Of a DNA stretch of 64,000 bases, positions 50,124-60,393 are shown one piece after another (positions within the stretch are counted from its first letter, which is position 1; each line of letters opens with the position of its first letter). Source of the DNA: an uncultured Gemmatimonadales bacterium (lineage in GTDB: Bacteria > Gemmatimonadota > Gemmatimonadetes > Gemmatimonadales > GWC2-71-9); NCBI GenBank assembly GCA_963828735.1, contig CAWHFW010000005.1, positions 192,001 to 256,000 on the forward strand, written 5' to 3'. The notes beneath the pieces were generated by a model that saw only the letters and a list, made by a program, of their open reading frames with translations, searched no databases and was not told where the DNA came from. A program made the translations under genes and the position numbers.

Positions 50124-51412
50124 GCCGAGGCCAGGGCGGCCTCGAGGGCCGCCAGCTCCGGGTCGCCGTGCACGGCGGACGTGAAGGCGGCCTCGAAGGC
50201 CGAAGGCGCCAGGTAAATGCCGCCCTCGAGCATGGCATGGAAGAAGGCATTGTACGCGGCGCGGTCGCATCGCTTCGCGTCGGCGTAGTCGCGCACCGGG
50301 ACGTCCGTGAAAAACGGAGTCAGCATCGTCCCGACCCGCTGCACGGTCACCGGGACGCCGGTCTCGCCCGCCCGGCGCGTGATCGCCTCGGCGGCGCGGG
50401 CCGCCCACCGCTCCGCGCGCTCCCAGGTGCCGGGTCGCGCGAGGACCTCGAGCGTCGCCAGTCCGGCCGCCATGGCGACCGGGTTGCCGGACAACGTGCC
50501 CGCCTGATAGACCGGCCCGGCCGGCGCGATGAGCTCCATCAGCGCGCGAGGCCCGCCGTACGCGGCGGCCGGCATCCCCCCGCCGACCACCTTGCCCAGG
50601 ATCGTGAGGTCCGGCCTGACCCCGTAGAGCACCTGCGCGCCGACCGGGTGCACGCGCCAGCCGGTCATGACCTCGTCGAACACCAGAAGCGCGCCGGCGC
50701 GCCGGGTGAGCTCGCGAAGCCCCTCGAGAAACCCTTTGGCCGGAGGCACGACACCCATGTTGCCGGCCACCGGCTCCACCAGCACCGCCGCGATGTCCGG
50801 TCCGCGTGAGGCGAAGACGGCCTCGACCGCGGCCAAATCGTTGAACGGCGCGACGAGGGTGTCCGCGACCGTCGCCTGGGTGACCCCCGGAGAATCGGGC
50901 AGCCCCAGGGTCGCCACGCCCGAGCCGGCGGAGGCGAGCAGCGAATCGGCATGGCCGTGGTAGCATCCGTCGAACTTGACGATCGCCTTGCGTCCCGTGG
51001 CCGCTCGCGCCAGGCGCACCGCGCTCATGGCCGCTTCCGTGCCGCTGCTCACGAAGCGCACCATCTCGATGGAGGGGAAGGTCGTCGTGACACGCTCGGC
51101 GAGTCGCACCTCGAGCTCGGTCGGCGCGCCGTAGGTCGTCCCGCGCGCGGCCGTTTCCACGACGGCTTCCAGCACCTCCGGGTGGGCGTGGCCGAGGATC
51201 AACGGGCCCCACGACAGCACGAGGTCCACGTATCGGTTGCCGTCCACGTCCTCGATCCACGGGCCCTGACCCCGCGCGATGAACCTCGGCGTGCCGCCGA
51301 CGCTTCGGAACGCCCGCACCGGACTGTTGACGCCGCCGGGCAGCACCTGCTGGGCAGCGGCGAACAGCCGCTCGGATGCGCTCGTCGTTCGGGCCGCGCG
51401 CACCTCCGTCAT
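50111..51412 (-). CDS. hemL: Glutamate-1-semialdehyde 2,1-aminomutase
   Basis: [61 protein letters not shown]. Confidence 0.96.
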   Translation of the reverse strand: MTEVRAARTTSASERLFAAAQQVLPGGVNSPVRAFRSVGGTPRFIARGQGPWIEDVDGNRYVDLVLSWGPLILGHAHPEVLEAVVETAARGTTYGAPTELEVRLAERVTTTFPSIEMVRFVSSGTEAAMSAVRLARAATGRKAIVKFDGCYHGHADSLLASAGSGVATLGLPDSPGVTQATVADTLVAPFNDLAAVEAVFASRGPDIAAVLVEPVAGNMGVVPPAKGFLEGLRELTRRAGALLVFDEVMTGWRVHPVGAQVLYGVRPDLTILGKVVGGGMPAAAYGGPRALMELIAPAGPVYQAGTLSGNPVAMAAGLATLEVLARPGTWERAERWAARAAEAITRRAGETGVPVTVQRVGTMLTPFFTDVPVRDYADAKRCDRAAYNAFFHAMLEGGIYLAPSAFEAAFTSAVHGDPELAALEAALASAWAR

Positions 51413-52401
51413 CGTCCCTGCTCCTCCGCCAGCCAGGCCGCGACGTCCTTGGCGTGGTAGGAGATGATCGCGTCCGCGCCCGCCCGGCGCATGCCCGTCA
51501 TCGTCTCCAGCACCACGCGACGCTCCTCGATCCATCCCAGGCGTGCGGCCGCCTTTACCATCGAGTACTCGCCGCTCACGTTGTACGCTACGAGCGGGAG
51601 CGAGGTCCGCTCGCGCACGGCCCGCACCACGTCGAGGTAGGCGAGCGCGGGTTTCACCATCAGCAGGTCGGCGCCTTCCGCCTCGTCGAGCGCCGCCTCG
51701 ATCAGCGCCTCCCGGACGTTCGCGGGATCCATCTGATACTGACGCCGGTCGCCGAAGGCGGGCGCGCTGTCGGCGGCTTCGCGAAACGGGCCGTAGTAGG
51801 CGCTGGCATACTTCACGGCGTAGCTCAGGATGCCTCGCTCCGCGTAGCCGGCGCCGTCGAGCGCCGCTCGGATCGCCCGCACCATGCCATCCATCATGCC
51901 GCTGGGCGCCACGATGTCGGCTCCGGCCCGCGCGTGCGTCACGGCCACCCGGCCAAGGATCTCGAGCGTGGCGTCGTTGTCGACCACACCCTCCCGAAGG
52001 ACCCCGCAGTGTCCGTGGCTGGTGTACTCGCAGCAGCAGACGTCAGTGAGGAGCAGCAGATCCTCGTGGCGCGCCCTGATCCGGCGGAGCGCCCGCTGGA
52101 CCACGCCGTCCTCCGCGAAGTTTTCGGTGCCCAGCTCGTCCTTCGCCGCTGGCAGCCCGAAGAGGAGCACCGCCCCGATCCCGAGCGACCGGACGCGGTC
52201 CACTTCCCGGTCGAGCGACTCGTCCACGGACAGGTGGAAGACGCCGGGCATGGAGCCGATCTCGCGCTCCACGCCGGCGCCATGCACCACGAAAATCGGT
52301 TGGATGAAGTCGGCGGCGGCCAGCTCATGCTCGCGCACGAGCCGCCGCAGGGCGTCGGTGCGCCGCCGGCGTCGTGGGCGATGGATCTGGGAGGTGGTCA
52401 C
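51409..52401 (-). CDS. hemB: Porphobilinogen synthase (Zn-type)
   Basis: [57 protein letters not shown]. Confidence 0.96.
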   Translation of the reverse strand: MTTSQIHRPRRRRRTDALRRLVREHELAAADFIQPIFVVHGAGVEREIGSMPGVFHLSVDESLDREVDRVRSLGIGAVLLFGLPAAKDELGTENFAEDGVVQRALRRIRARHEDLLLLTDVCCCEYTSHGHCGVLREGVVDNDATLEILGRVAVTHARAGADIVAPSGMMDGMVRAIRAALDGAGYAERGILSYAVKYASAYYGPFREAADSAPAFGDRRQYQMDPANVREALIEAALDEAEGADLLMVKPALAYLDVVRAVRERTSLPLVAYNVSGEYSMVKAAARLGWIEERRVVLETMTGMRRAGADAIISYHAKDVAAWLAEEQGR

Positions 52402-52630
52402 GCCGGTAACACTATGGAGCCAGAGAGGCTGCCGCAACCGGACGACTACGCACGCGAAGCACCGGGCATGGCCTTTGCCCGTCGTCACTGGTGGCCGGGG
52501 TCACGGCGTGCTACTGCTTCTGTATCACCGCTTGATCGTTCCGTCCGTTCGCATCTTGTAGCAGGAATCGGGCAGTTTGCGGTGCCGTAGTTCGGTGCCA
52601 GTGCTCGAGGCAAGATGGAGCAGGCTGCCC

Positions 52631-54064
52631 ATGAGGATCGTCGCGTTATCCGCCTTCGCCGGACTGGCCGGCCTTGTGGCCGCCGCCTGTGGCGCGCCCC
52701 CAGCCAGGCTCGTTCCTCCTCCACCCGTCAATCCCGCGACCGCCATCGTCGGCGCCACCCTCTGGGACGGCACCGGACGCGCCCCCGTCACCAATGCGGT
52801 CACGGTCGTGCGCGGCGACCGCATCCTGTGCGCCGGTGTCGCCGGGGAGTGCCCCGTGCCACAAGGCGCCAAGGTCATCGACGCGAAGGGGATGTATCTC
52901 ATCCCCGGCCTCATCGACAGCCATGTGCACCTGCTCTTCCTGCAGAACGGGAGCGCCGTGGAGGATCTCGGTCTCGACCTCCGTGACCTGCTCGCCCAAG
53001 GGATCACGACGGTTCGCGACATGGGCACCAGCCCGGCGGCGTTGCTCTCCCGCGTGTCGGGTTTCGATGCCGCCCCGCGCGTCTACGCCATGCAGCTCGT
53101 GGCCGGCCGGCGCTTCTTCTACCCCGCCATGCGCCTGATGCAGACGGAGCGCGGCGTTCAGTACCGGCAGGCGCCCGCCCTCACCATGCAGTGGCTGGGC
53201 TGGAATCCCATCCTGTTCGATCGGAACGACGATCCCGACTCGGTCGTCGCGCAGGCTCGCCGAGCCGGGGCGATGGGGCTCAAGCTCTACGCGCAGCTCG
53301 ACAGCGTCAGCATCCGCCGGCTCACCTCGGCCGCGCACCGGATGGGCATGCCGGTCTGGGGACATGCCTGGCCCCAGCCGGCGAGCGTCGGCGAGCAGAC
53401 CAGGGCGGGCATGGACGGCGTGGTCCACGCTGCCGGCATGGCGGGCGAGCTGTTCTCGCCCGAGGATCGGGATACGCTCGTGAACGACGGAGCGCTGCAG
53501 TCGGCCACCGCGCGCGTGGCCACGGCCGAATCCGCGGACGACCCGCGCATCCTCGCGACCCTCGATTCGATGGCCGTGCACGGGGTCATGTTCGAACCCA
53601 CCCTCGACGCCACGCGGCACAGCGTGGCCACCTACGACTCGCGGGTGCGCCACGTGCCCTCGCTGCAGGAGGACTACGTTCGGGCCGCCGCCGCCTTCGG
53701 CATGGAGGTCACCCGCGAGGCCGTGAAGCACGGGGTCGGCATCAGCGCCGGTACGGACCACGTCGCGTACGGGCCGGTGGGAGATCGCGCGTCCCTCCTC
53801 GACGAGCTGCGCCTCTACGTGGACTCGATCGGCCTGTCCCCTACTGCCGCGCTGTTGGCAGCGACGCGCGACGCGGCCCGCGCCATCGGCGGGGATCCCG
53901 GGCGTCAGCTCGGAACGATCGTGGCGGGGCATTACGCCGATCTCGTGCTGGTCGGCAAGAATCCGCTGGAAAACATCGACAACCTCGAGGCGGTCGAACT
54001 GGTGATGCGGGGCGGCCGGGTCTGGCGGCCGGGCCAGCTGCGAAGTGGCATCGCGATGCGATAG
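52631..54064 (+). CDS. Exported metal-dependent amidohydrolase (lipoprotein)
   Basis: Lipobox AAAC; PGLIDSHVH, GITTVRDMG, LKLY, GHA, VH, AGTD, GTI..G..ADLV. Confidence 0.87.
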   Translation: MRIVALSAFAGLAGLVAAACGAPPARLVPPPPVNPATAIVGATLWDGTGRAPVTNAVTVVRGDRILCAGVAGECPVPQGAKVIDAKGMYLIPGLIDSHVHLLFLQNGSAVEDLGLDLRDLLAQGITTVRDMGTSPAALLSRVSGFDAAPRVYAMQLVAGRRFFYPAMRLMQTERGVQYRQAPALTMQWLGWNPILFDRNDDPDSVVAQARRAGAMGLKLYAQLDSVSIRRLTSAAHRMGMPVWGHAWPQPASVGEQTRAGMDGVVHAAGMAGELFSPEDRDTLVNDGALQSATARVATAESADDPRILATLDSMAVHGVMFEPTLDATRHSVATYDSRVRHVPSLQEDYVRAAAAFGMEVTREAVKHGVGISAGTDHVAYGPVGDRASLLDELRLYVDSIGLSPTAALLAATRDAARAIGGDPGRQLGTIVAGHYADLVLVGKNPLENIDNLEAVELVMRGGRVWRPGQLRSGIAMR

Positions 54065-54092
54065 GGCATCCTGCATCCACATCCACGGCAAT

Positions 54093-54126
54093 ACGAAGGG
54101 GGCATGCTCGAGCATGCCCCCTTCGT
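54093..54126. terminator. 34-bp perfect palindrome between convergent genes
   Basis: ACGAAGGGGGCATGCTC|GAGCATGCCCCCTTCGT. Confidence 0.65.
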
Positions 54127-54152
54127 GCTTGGCTGCATGCGCGCTGACGCAG

Positions 54153-55073
54153 CTACGGCGCGGAGCCGGTGGCCACCGGGAGCGAAGTATTCTCGGCCCA
54201 TTCGGTCCACGAGCCCACGTAGATCCGGACGCGTGGGTAGCCCAACAGGTACCGCAGGGTGAAGTAGACGTGGCTCGCCTCGGTGGCGCTGTTGCAGTAG
54301 GCGATGATATCGCGCTCGGGCACGATTCCTTGCGCGGCGTACGCCTGCCGCAGCTCGGCCGCCGGCTTCCACACGTGTCCGAAGCCCTCCTGGGTCAGAT
54401 CGTCCTGCCAGTAGTGGTTGATCGCCCCGGGTATGTGCCCGTGCCGCATCTGCGAACCGGCCTGCCCCGCGTACTGGTCCGGCGGCCGCGCATCGACGAG
54501 CAGGCCGCCCGCGCTCATGGCCTGCTGTACCTCGGACAGGACGGCCGCCTCGGGGTGGAACGGGCGATCGGGAAACGAGGTCGTCTGGAGCCGCGGATAC
54601 GGCTGTACGACCGCCCGCTGCTCGAGCTGCCACTTGAAGAACCCGCCGTCCAGCACGAACACCTTGGGATGGCCGAAGCCTGCGAGCAGCCACGCCAGGA
54701 ACGTGGCGTCGATGTTGTGGGTCTCGCCGGCGCTGTAGATCACCACCGGGCGGTCGAAGGCGATGCCGAGCCGTCCGAACAGCTCGCGATAGGCACCCGC
54801 GGAGAGCAGCCGGGTGGGGATCCCGCCTTCGCTCGCCCGAATCGTCTCCGTGTTCAGATACTCGGCGCCCGGAAGGTGGCCCTTCAGGTAAGTGAACACA
54901 TCGGTCCGTACGTCGAGCACCACGGCGTTGCTCTCCGCCTGCCATCGCGCGAGCTCCTCCGTCGAAATCAGCCGCGGCAGCGTCGAGGAGGCGGGCGCCG
55001 GCGCGGCCGCGGGTCCCGCGCACGCACCGCATAGCCAGGCCCAGACGAGAGCGGTCCCGAATCGTCGTTTCAC
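54153..55073 (-). CDS. Two-domain rhodanese sulfurtransferase, probable lipoprotein
   Basis: Cys-containing signal (WLCGAC); LDVR...Y..GHLPGA, LDGGF..W, DAR, GHIPGA, YCNSATEAS active loop, YVGSWTEW. Confidence 0.9.
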   Translation of the reverse strand: MKRRFGTALVWAWLCGACAGPAAAPAPASSTLPRLISTEELARWQAESNAVVLDVRTDVFTYLKGHLPGAEYLNTETIRASEGGIPTRLLSAGAYRELFGRLGIAFDRPVVIYSAGETHNIDATFLAWLLAGFGHPKVFVLDGGFFKWQLEQRAVVQPYPRLQTTSFPDRPFHPEAAVLSEVQQAMSAGGLLVDARPPDQYAGQAGSQMRHGHIPGAINHYWQDDLTQEGFGHVWKPAAELRQAYAAQGIVPERDIIAYCNSATEASHVYFTLRYLLGYPRVRIYVGSWTEWAENTSLPVATGSAP

Positions 55074-56032
55074 GGGAGCGAGTCCTCCAGCCCCATGTAC
55101 GCGTGCTCCTCCTCGACATAGACTCGCGCCGCGTTCCGCCGGCGGCGTGAATTGAGCGAGACCGGGCGGTTCTCCTCGGGCGGCGGGAGCGCGGCAAGCG
55201 CCCGCTGCATCGGGACGCCGCGCTCGACCGCTGATCGCATGTCGTCCTCGAGGCCCGTGATGTACGCACGTGTCCGAGCCACGAGGGCGGCCGCGTCCGC
55301 CGGGATCGCGCCATGCCCCGGGACCACCATCCGGGCCCCGAGGCTGTCGATGAAGTCCAGGCTGCGCCGAAGCGCGCGCGCGCTCCCATCCACCACCATC
55401 GTGACGCCGTCCTCGATCAAGAGATCGCCCGCGAAGAGTACCCGCTCCTTGGGAAGCCACACGATGAGGTCGCCGGCCGTATGCGCCGCTCCCGGGTGGT
55501 CGAGGACGATCGTCCGGCCGCCCAGCCGAAGCGTATCCCGGCCGGTCACCGGCCGGTCAGGCGTGTCGGCGAACTCGAACCCGCGCATCGCGTCGAGTCC
55601 CACCACGCGCACCCAGTCGGCGACCAGGGCATCAGGCCCGCCCTCGCTGGCGAGCGTCCGCGTGTCCGGATGGGCGATGACCTTGGCTCCCGCGCGCCGG
55701 AAGACGACGGCGCCGAACGTGTGATCGGGATGATGGTGCGTGAGCACCAGCCACCGCACCGGCTGTGTGGTAACCCGGCGGATGGTCTTGAGCAGTGCTT
55801 CGCCCTCACGTGGGCTCGCCAGCGCGTCCACCACGACGACGCCGTCCGTCGTGACGATGAAGCCCGCGTTCGATCGGCCTTCGGAGCCACGGCCCGTATC
55901 GCCCAGCACGGCGTAGACCCCGTCGGCGAGACGCCGGGGGGTATAGGCCGGGGCTCGCGACGTATCCGCGCTCACCCATGTGGCGGTCACGAGGCCGGAC
56001 AGCAGACTGAGCAGCGTGGGGAGAGGAGTCAC
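55070..56032 (-). CDS. Exported metallo-beta-lactamase-fold hydrolase (SoxH-like)
   Basis: Signal peptide; NAGFI, THHHPDHTFG (HxHxDH), AHTAGD, FAGDL, VPGHG. Confidence 0.87.
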   Translation of the reverse strand: MTPLPTLLSLLSGLVTATWVSADTSRAPAYTPRRLADGVYAVLGDTGRGSEGRSNAGFIVTTDGVVVVDALASPREGEALLKTIRRVTTQPVRWLVLTHHHPDHTFGAVVFRRAGAKVIAHPDTRTLASEGGPDALVADWVRVVGLDAMRGFEFADTPDRPVTGRDTLRLGGRTIVLDHPGAAHTAGDLIVWLPKERVLFAGDLLIEDGVTMVVDGSARALRRSLDFIDSLGARMVVPGHGAIPADAAALVARTRAYITGLEDDMRSAVERGVPMQRALAALPPPEENRPVSLNSRRRRNAARVYVEEEHAYMGLEDSLP

Positions 56033-56068
56033 GGGAAGGCGGGGCGAGAAGCCCGGCCCGGCATGCGG

Positions 56069-56401
56069 CTACGCCGCGGCGAAGGCGATGGTGACCGACT
56101 GCCGGTAGACGCCGCCCTTGTTGTCGGTCCAGACCATCGTGAGCGGCGCTTCCTTGTCTGCGGTGAGCGTGAAGCTCACGATGGGGTCCTTGCTCACGCC
56201 GGACGTCCACTCGAACCGGGCCACCTGGTCCTCGCCGTACGTCACCACGACTTCACGGATGAAGTACGCGGGAATGGCCTGCCCTTCCGCGGTGCGGAAG
56301 AACCCGGTGTCCATGGGGTGGACCACGATCGCGTTCACCGTGATGAGGTCGCCGCGCGAGATGCGGTCGGGAATCCGGATGCGGGCGTCGCCGATGGTCA
56401 T
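56069..56401 (-). CDS. soxZ: SoxZ-like sulfur carrier partner
   Basis: HPMDTGF.R...G..IPA.FI, SGVSKDP..SF, WTDNKG; TGATG overlap with the soxY stop. Confidence 0.88.
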   Translation of the reverse strand: MTIGDARIRIPDRISRGDLITVNAIVVHPMDTGFFRTAEGQAIPAYFIREVVVTYGEDQVARFEWTSGVSKDPIVSFTLTADKEAPLTMVWTDNKGGVYRQSVTIAFAAA

Positions 56402-56889
56402 CACCCGCACCCGTTGAGCGAGACGTTGACGTGGGCGTAGGCCGCCCAGACGTCACCGGTCGAGGTCTCGAGGATCGCGCGCACCCAGGTAGTGCGCTTC
56501 ATCTTGATCCGGGTCTGGATGGCCACCGAGCCGATCGCGGGCGTCAGGTGATACGCGGCCAGATGGGGGTCGGGGTTGTGGTCCACGATCAGATGGACGG
56601 CCTTCACGTAGTTGTCGGGCGTCATCGGGAGGCCGCTCTCGATGATGACCGGAACGATGCGACCGTCCTCCGCGACCGCCGGCATGTCCAGCGTGAGCTG
56701 GCCCTTCCGGATCGGACGGTCACCGAAGAGATCCTTGAGAATCCGGGCCACCTCTTCGTTCGGTACCTCGGGATCGCCCGGGTCGGAAACCGACGCGAGG
56801 AGACGCTCACCTCGGCCCAGAACACCCGAACCGAACAAGCCGGCGCCGGCGAGAGCGCAACTCCTGAGGAACGATCGGCGGGAGGCCAT
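56401..56889 (-). CDS. soxY: SoxY-like sulfur carrier protein, Tat-exported
   Basis: Twin-arginine SRRSFLR; P..AEDG..VP, DHNPDP, TRIKM; C-terminal VNVSLNGCG swinging arm. Confidence 0.88.
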   Translation of the reverse strand: MASRRSFLRSCALAGAGLFGSGVLGRGERLLASVSDPGDPEVPNEEVARILKDLFGDRPIRKGQLTLDMPAVAEDGRIVPVIIESGLPMTPDNYVKAVHLIVDHNPDPHLAAYHLTPAIGSVAIQTRIKMKRTTWVRAILETSTGDVWAAYAHVNVSLNGCG

Positions 56890-57089
56890 GCGGATAACCT
56901 CAGACCTCCCGGAAGCGAAGTCAAGCGAGGCCTTTTGGTTCCGAAACGGCGCGGGCCTTGCGGGGGCGGGTCGGGGCCGCCGAGCCGGCCCCTGCAACTT
57001 GTGTCATGCTGGGCCGGTTGCTAGTTTAAACCATTCTGTTACAAAGCGATGTGAGGCCCCCTCCTCACTCCTCTTCAGGCTGAGGCGCC

Positions 57090-58295
57090 GTGGACACCCA
57101 AGAACTTCAACAGGTCGCGTTGTTCGACAAGTGCCGCGAATTCACCAAAGCGCGGGAACTCCAGGCGCTTGGTCTATATCCGTACTTCAATCCGATTTCC
57201 GAATCGGAGGACACCGTCGTCGTCATCGACGGACAGAAGCGGATCATGCTTGGGTCGAACAACTACCTGGGACTGACCCACCACCCCAAGGTCCTCGAGT
57301 CCGCCAGCCGGGCGCTCAGCCGCTATGGCTCGGGCTGCACGGGGAGCCGGTTCCTGAACGGCACGCTCGATCTGCACGAGCAGCTCGAGCACGCCCTGGC
57401 TGAGTTCCTTGGCAAGGAGGCCTGTCTCGTTTTCTCGACCGGCTACACCGCCAACCTGGGCCTGATCTCGGGTCTCGTCGGCCGCGGCGAGGTGGTCTAC
57501 CTCGACAAGCTCGATCACGCCTCGATCGTGGACGGCGCGAAGATGTCCTACGGCGAGACCGAGCGCTTCAACCATGGCGACCTCGGCAACCTCGAGCGTC
57601 GGATGGAGCGGAACGGGTCGGGCAAGGGCTCGATGATCGTGGTGGACGGCGTGTACTCGATGGAAGGCAACATCGCCGACGTGCCGTCGCTGGTCCGCAT
57701 CGCCCGGAAGTACGGTTCCGCGCTTGCGCTGGACGACGCCCACGCGCTCGGCGTTCTCGGCCCCAATGGCGATGGCACGGCCGCCCATTTCGGGATGACA
57801 GATGAGGTGGACATCATCGCCGGCACGTTCTCCAAGTCGCTGGCCTCGATCGGCGGCTTCGTCGCCGCGAGCGAAAACGTCATTCACTACCTGAAGCACC
57901 ATAGTCGGCCTCTCATCTTCACGGCCTCTCTTCCGCCGGCCAACACCGCCGGCGTGCTCACGGCCCTTCAGGTGCTGCAGGACGAGCCGGGACGCCGTGA
58001 CTACCTGTGGGCCAATACCCGCCGGCTGCAGGACGGGTTCCGGAGCCTGGGCTTCGACATCGGGCCCACCGAGACCCCGATCGTACCGGTCCTCATCGGT
58101 CCGCTCGAGAAGACCTTCCTCATGTGGCGCCGCCTGTTCGACGCGGGCGTCTTCACGAACCCGGTGGCGCCGCCAGCCGTGCCGCCGACCCAATGCCGCC
58201 TCCGGACGAGCGTCATGGCCACGCACACGTTCGAGCAGATCGACTTCGCGCTCGAACAGTTCGCGCGCATCGGACGGGACCTGGGGGTCATCTGA
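57090..58295 (+). CDS. spt: Serine palmitoyltransferase (AOS family)
   Basis: YPYF, GSNNYLGL, GSRFLNGT (Spt-type Asn), DHASIVDG, GVYSMEG, DDAH, GTFSKS, IFTASLPP; followed by a bCerS-like gene. Confidence 0.82.
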   Translation: MDTQELQQVALFDKCREFTKARELQALGLYPYFNPISESEDTVVVIDGQKRIMLGSNNYLGLTHHPKVLESASRALSRYGSGCTGSRFLNGTLDLHEQLEHALAEFLGKEACLVFSTGYTANLGLISGLVGRGEVVYLDKLDHASIVDGAKMSYGETERFNHGDLGNLERRMERNGSGKGSMIVVDGVYSMEGNIADVPSLVRIARKYGSALALDDAHALGVLGPNGDGTAAHFGMTDEVDIIAGTFSKSLASIGGFVAASENVIHYLKHHSRPLIFTASLPPANTAGVLTALQVLQDEPGRRDYLWANTRRLQDGFRSLGFDIGPTETPIVPVLIGPLEKTFLMWRRLFDAGVFTNPVAPPAVPPTQCRLRTSVMATHTFEQIDFALEQFARIGRDLGVI

Positions 58296-59428
58296 CCGAG
58301 CCGCTGCGCGTCCGCGCGGCGCGCGAGCGGACCGACGTTCACCGCTTCATCGATCTGCCGTACCGGCTCCACGCGCGGGACCCGCTCTGGGTCCCGCCGT
58401 TGCGTCGGGATGTCGCGCTGCTCCTCTCCCGCGAGAAGAATCCCTTCTTCGAGCACGCCGAGGCCGAGTACTTCCTCGCCGAGCGCGGCGGGGAGGCCGT
58501 CGGCCGCATCGCGGCGATCAGCAACCGCCTGCACAACGAGACCCACGGCGACCGGGTGGGATTCTTCGGTTTCTTCGAGTGCGTTGACGACCAGTCCGTC
58601 GCCGACGCGCTGGTTGCAATCGCGGCCGAATGGTGCCGCGGCAAGGGCCACGACGTGCTCCGCGGGCCGGCGTCCTTTTCCGTGAACGACGAGTGCGGGC
58701 TCCTCGTGGACGGCTTTGAAACGCCGCCGACCATCATGATGCCGCATAACCCTCGCTACTACGTGGCGCTGCTCGAGCGGGCGGGATTTGCGAAGGCGAA
58801 GGACCTCCTGGTCTACGAAGGTGGAGACCACGAGCGCTACAAGCCCGTGCCCGAGCGGCTGGCCCGCGGCACGGAGTTGATCCGCCAGCGCATGGGCATC
58901 ACCCTCCGCCCCCTCAACGTGAAGAACTTCGAGGCCGAGGTGGAGCTCATCAAGGAGCTCTACAACGCCGCATGGGAGAAGAACTGGGGCTTCGTCCCGA
59001 TGACCGACCATGAGATCGATCATCTGGCGGAGCAGTTCAAGCCGGTCGTGATTCCGGAGCTGGTGCCGATCGCCGAGAAGGACGGGAAGGTCATCGGGTT
59101 CGGCCTCGCGCTGCCCGATCTCAACGTGGTTTTTCAGCAGAATCGCTCGGGGCGGATGTTCCCGATGGTCCTCAAGCTTCTGTGGGCCCTCAAGACCCGG
59201 AAGATTCGCCGCGCCCGCATTCTCCTGCTCGGCATCCTGCCCGAGTATCGAGGGAGGGGCGTGGACGCGATGCTGTACCACTGGATCTGGACTAAATCCG
59301 GCGACCGCGGGATCTACTGGGGCGAGGCGGGATGGATTCTCGAGGACAATCCCGCCATGAACGCCGGGTTGGAGAAGATGACGTTCAAGGTCTACAAGAC
59401 CTACCGGCTCTACGACCGGCCGATATGA
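58292..59428 (+). CDS. GNAT-family protein, bacterial ceramide synthase (bCerS)-like
   Basis: WVPPL, GRIAA, GFFGFFE, GP.SFSVNDECGLLVDGF..PP..MMPHN..YY, WEKNWGFVPMT, LPDLN, WILEDN..M; probable CTG start overlapping the spt stop. Confidence 0.78.
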   Translation: MTEPLRVRAARERTDVHRFIDLPYRLHARDPLWVPPLRRDVALLLSREKNPFFEHAEAEYFLAERGGEAVGRIAAISNRLHNETHGDRVGFFGFFECVDDQSVADALVAIAAEWCRGKGHDVLRGPASFSVNDECGLLVDGFETPPTIMMPHNPRYYVALLERAGFAKAKDLLVYEGGDHERYKPVPERLARGTELIRQRMGITLRPLNVKNFEAEVELIKELYNAAWEKNWGFVPMTDHEIDHLAEQFKPVVIPELVPIAEKDGKVIGFGLALPDLNVVFQQNRSGRMFPMVLKLLWALKTRKIRRARILLLGILPEYRGRGVDAMLYHWIWTKSGDRGIYWGEAGWILEDNPAMNAGLEKMTFKVYKTYRLYDRPI

Positions 59429-60393
59429 AGGCGCTGGTCACCGGCGCCACGGGGTTCGTCGGCAGTCACCTCGTCGAAGCGCTCCGCCGCCGGGGGGCTG
59501 AGGTCTCCGCGCTGGCCCGTTCCGCGAGCAAGGCCGCGGCCCTGACGCCGCTCGGCGTCCGCGTGGTGGCGGGAGATCTGCACGACCGGGGGGCGCTCGA
59601 GCGCGCGATGGACGGGCAGGACGTCGTCTACCACGTTGCCGGCGTCGTCGCGGCCCGGAGCGAGGCGGACTTCATGGCGGCCAATCGTGATGGAACCCGC
59701 AACATCGTCGACACGTTGGAGCGCGCGGGATCCGGACGGCTGGTGTTCGTCTCCTCGATGGCCGCGGCGGGTCCGACGATCAAGGGACGGCCGCTCCGGG
59801 GCGATGAGGCCCCCCGACCGGTCACCGCCTACGGCCGCAGCAAGCTCGCCGCCGAGCAGGCCGTTACCGCGGGCCGCTCGCCGTGGACCATCATTCGGCC
59901 GCCCCTGGTCTACGGCCCCAGGGACCAGGAAGTGCTCAAGGTGTTCCGGCTGGCCCGGCTCGGCGTCGCGCCGGTGCTGGGCGACGGCTCCCAGGAGCTG
60001 TCGGCGGTGCACGGCGCCGATCTCGCCGAGGCGCTCGTCGCGGCCGGGATCTCGGACGCCACGGTCGGCCGGACCTACTACGCCTGCCATCCCGAAGTCT
60101 TCAGCGGCGCCGACATGGCTCGCGCCGTCGGCCGCGCGATGGGGAAGTCGCCGGCCGTCATCCGCGTGCCGGCGACGATCGGTCGCGGTGTACTCATGAT
60201 CACCGAGGCCGCCGCCCGGCTCACCGGTCACGCCACCATTCTCACCGCCGACAAGGCCAACGAGTTCTTCCAGCCGGCCTGGACCGGCGACCCGAGCCCG
60301 CTCACGCGCGACACCGGCTGGCAGGCGGCGCACGATCTGCGCAGCGGGCTCGAGGAGACGTATCAGTGGTACCGGGCGGCGGGATGGCTGTAG
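59425..60393 (+). CDS. Extended SDR / NAD-dependent epimerase; candidate ceramide or 3-ketosphinganine reductase
   Basis: VTGATGFVG, HVAG, VSS, YGRSK, RPPLVYGP; ATGA overlap with the upstream gene. Confidence 0.75.
   Translation: MKALVTGATGFVGSHLVEALRRRGAEVSALARSASKAAALTPLGVRVVAGDLHDRGALERAMDGQDVVYHVAGVVAARSEADFMAANRDGTRNIVDTLERAGSGRLVFVSSMAAAGPTIKGRPLRGDEAPRPVTAYGRSKLAAEQAVTAGRSPWTIIRPPLVYGPRDQEVLKVFRLARLGVAPVLGDGSQELSAVHGADLAEALVAAGISDATVGRTYYACHPEVFSGADMARAVGRAMGKSPAVIRVPATIGRGVLMITEAAARLTGHATILTADKANEFFQPAWTGDPSPLTRDTGWQAAHDLRSGLEETYQWYRAAGWL

Noticed and set aside
48735..51260. 841-aa ORF as an extended HemY
   Set aside because: The first ~380 aa are an alternate frame over hemL; the real protein starts at ATG 50123 with the FAD-binding motif.
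57090..58295. Annotation as bioF or kbl
   Set aside because: GSRFLNGT and the adjacent bCerS-like gene fit Spt better; no bio or tdh genes nearby.
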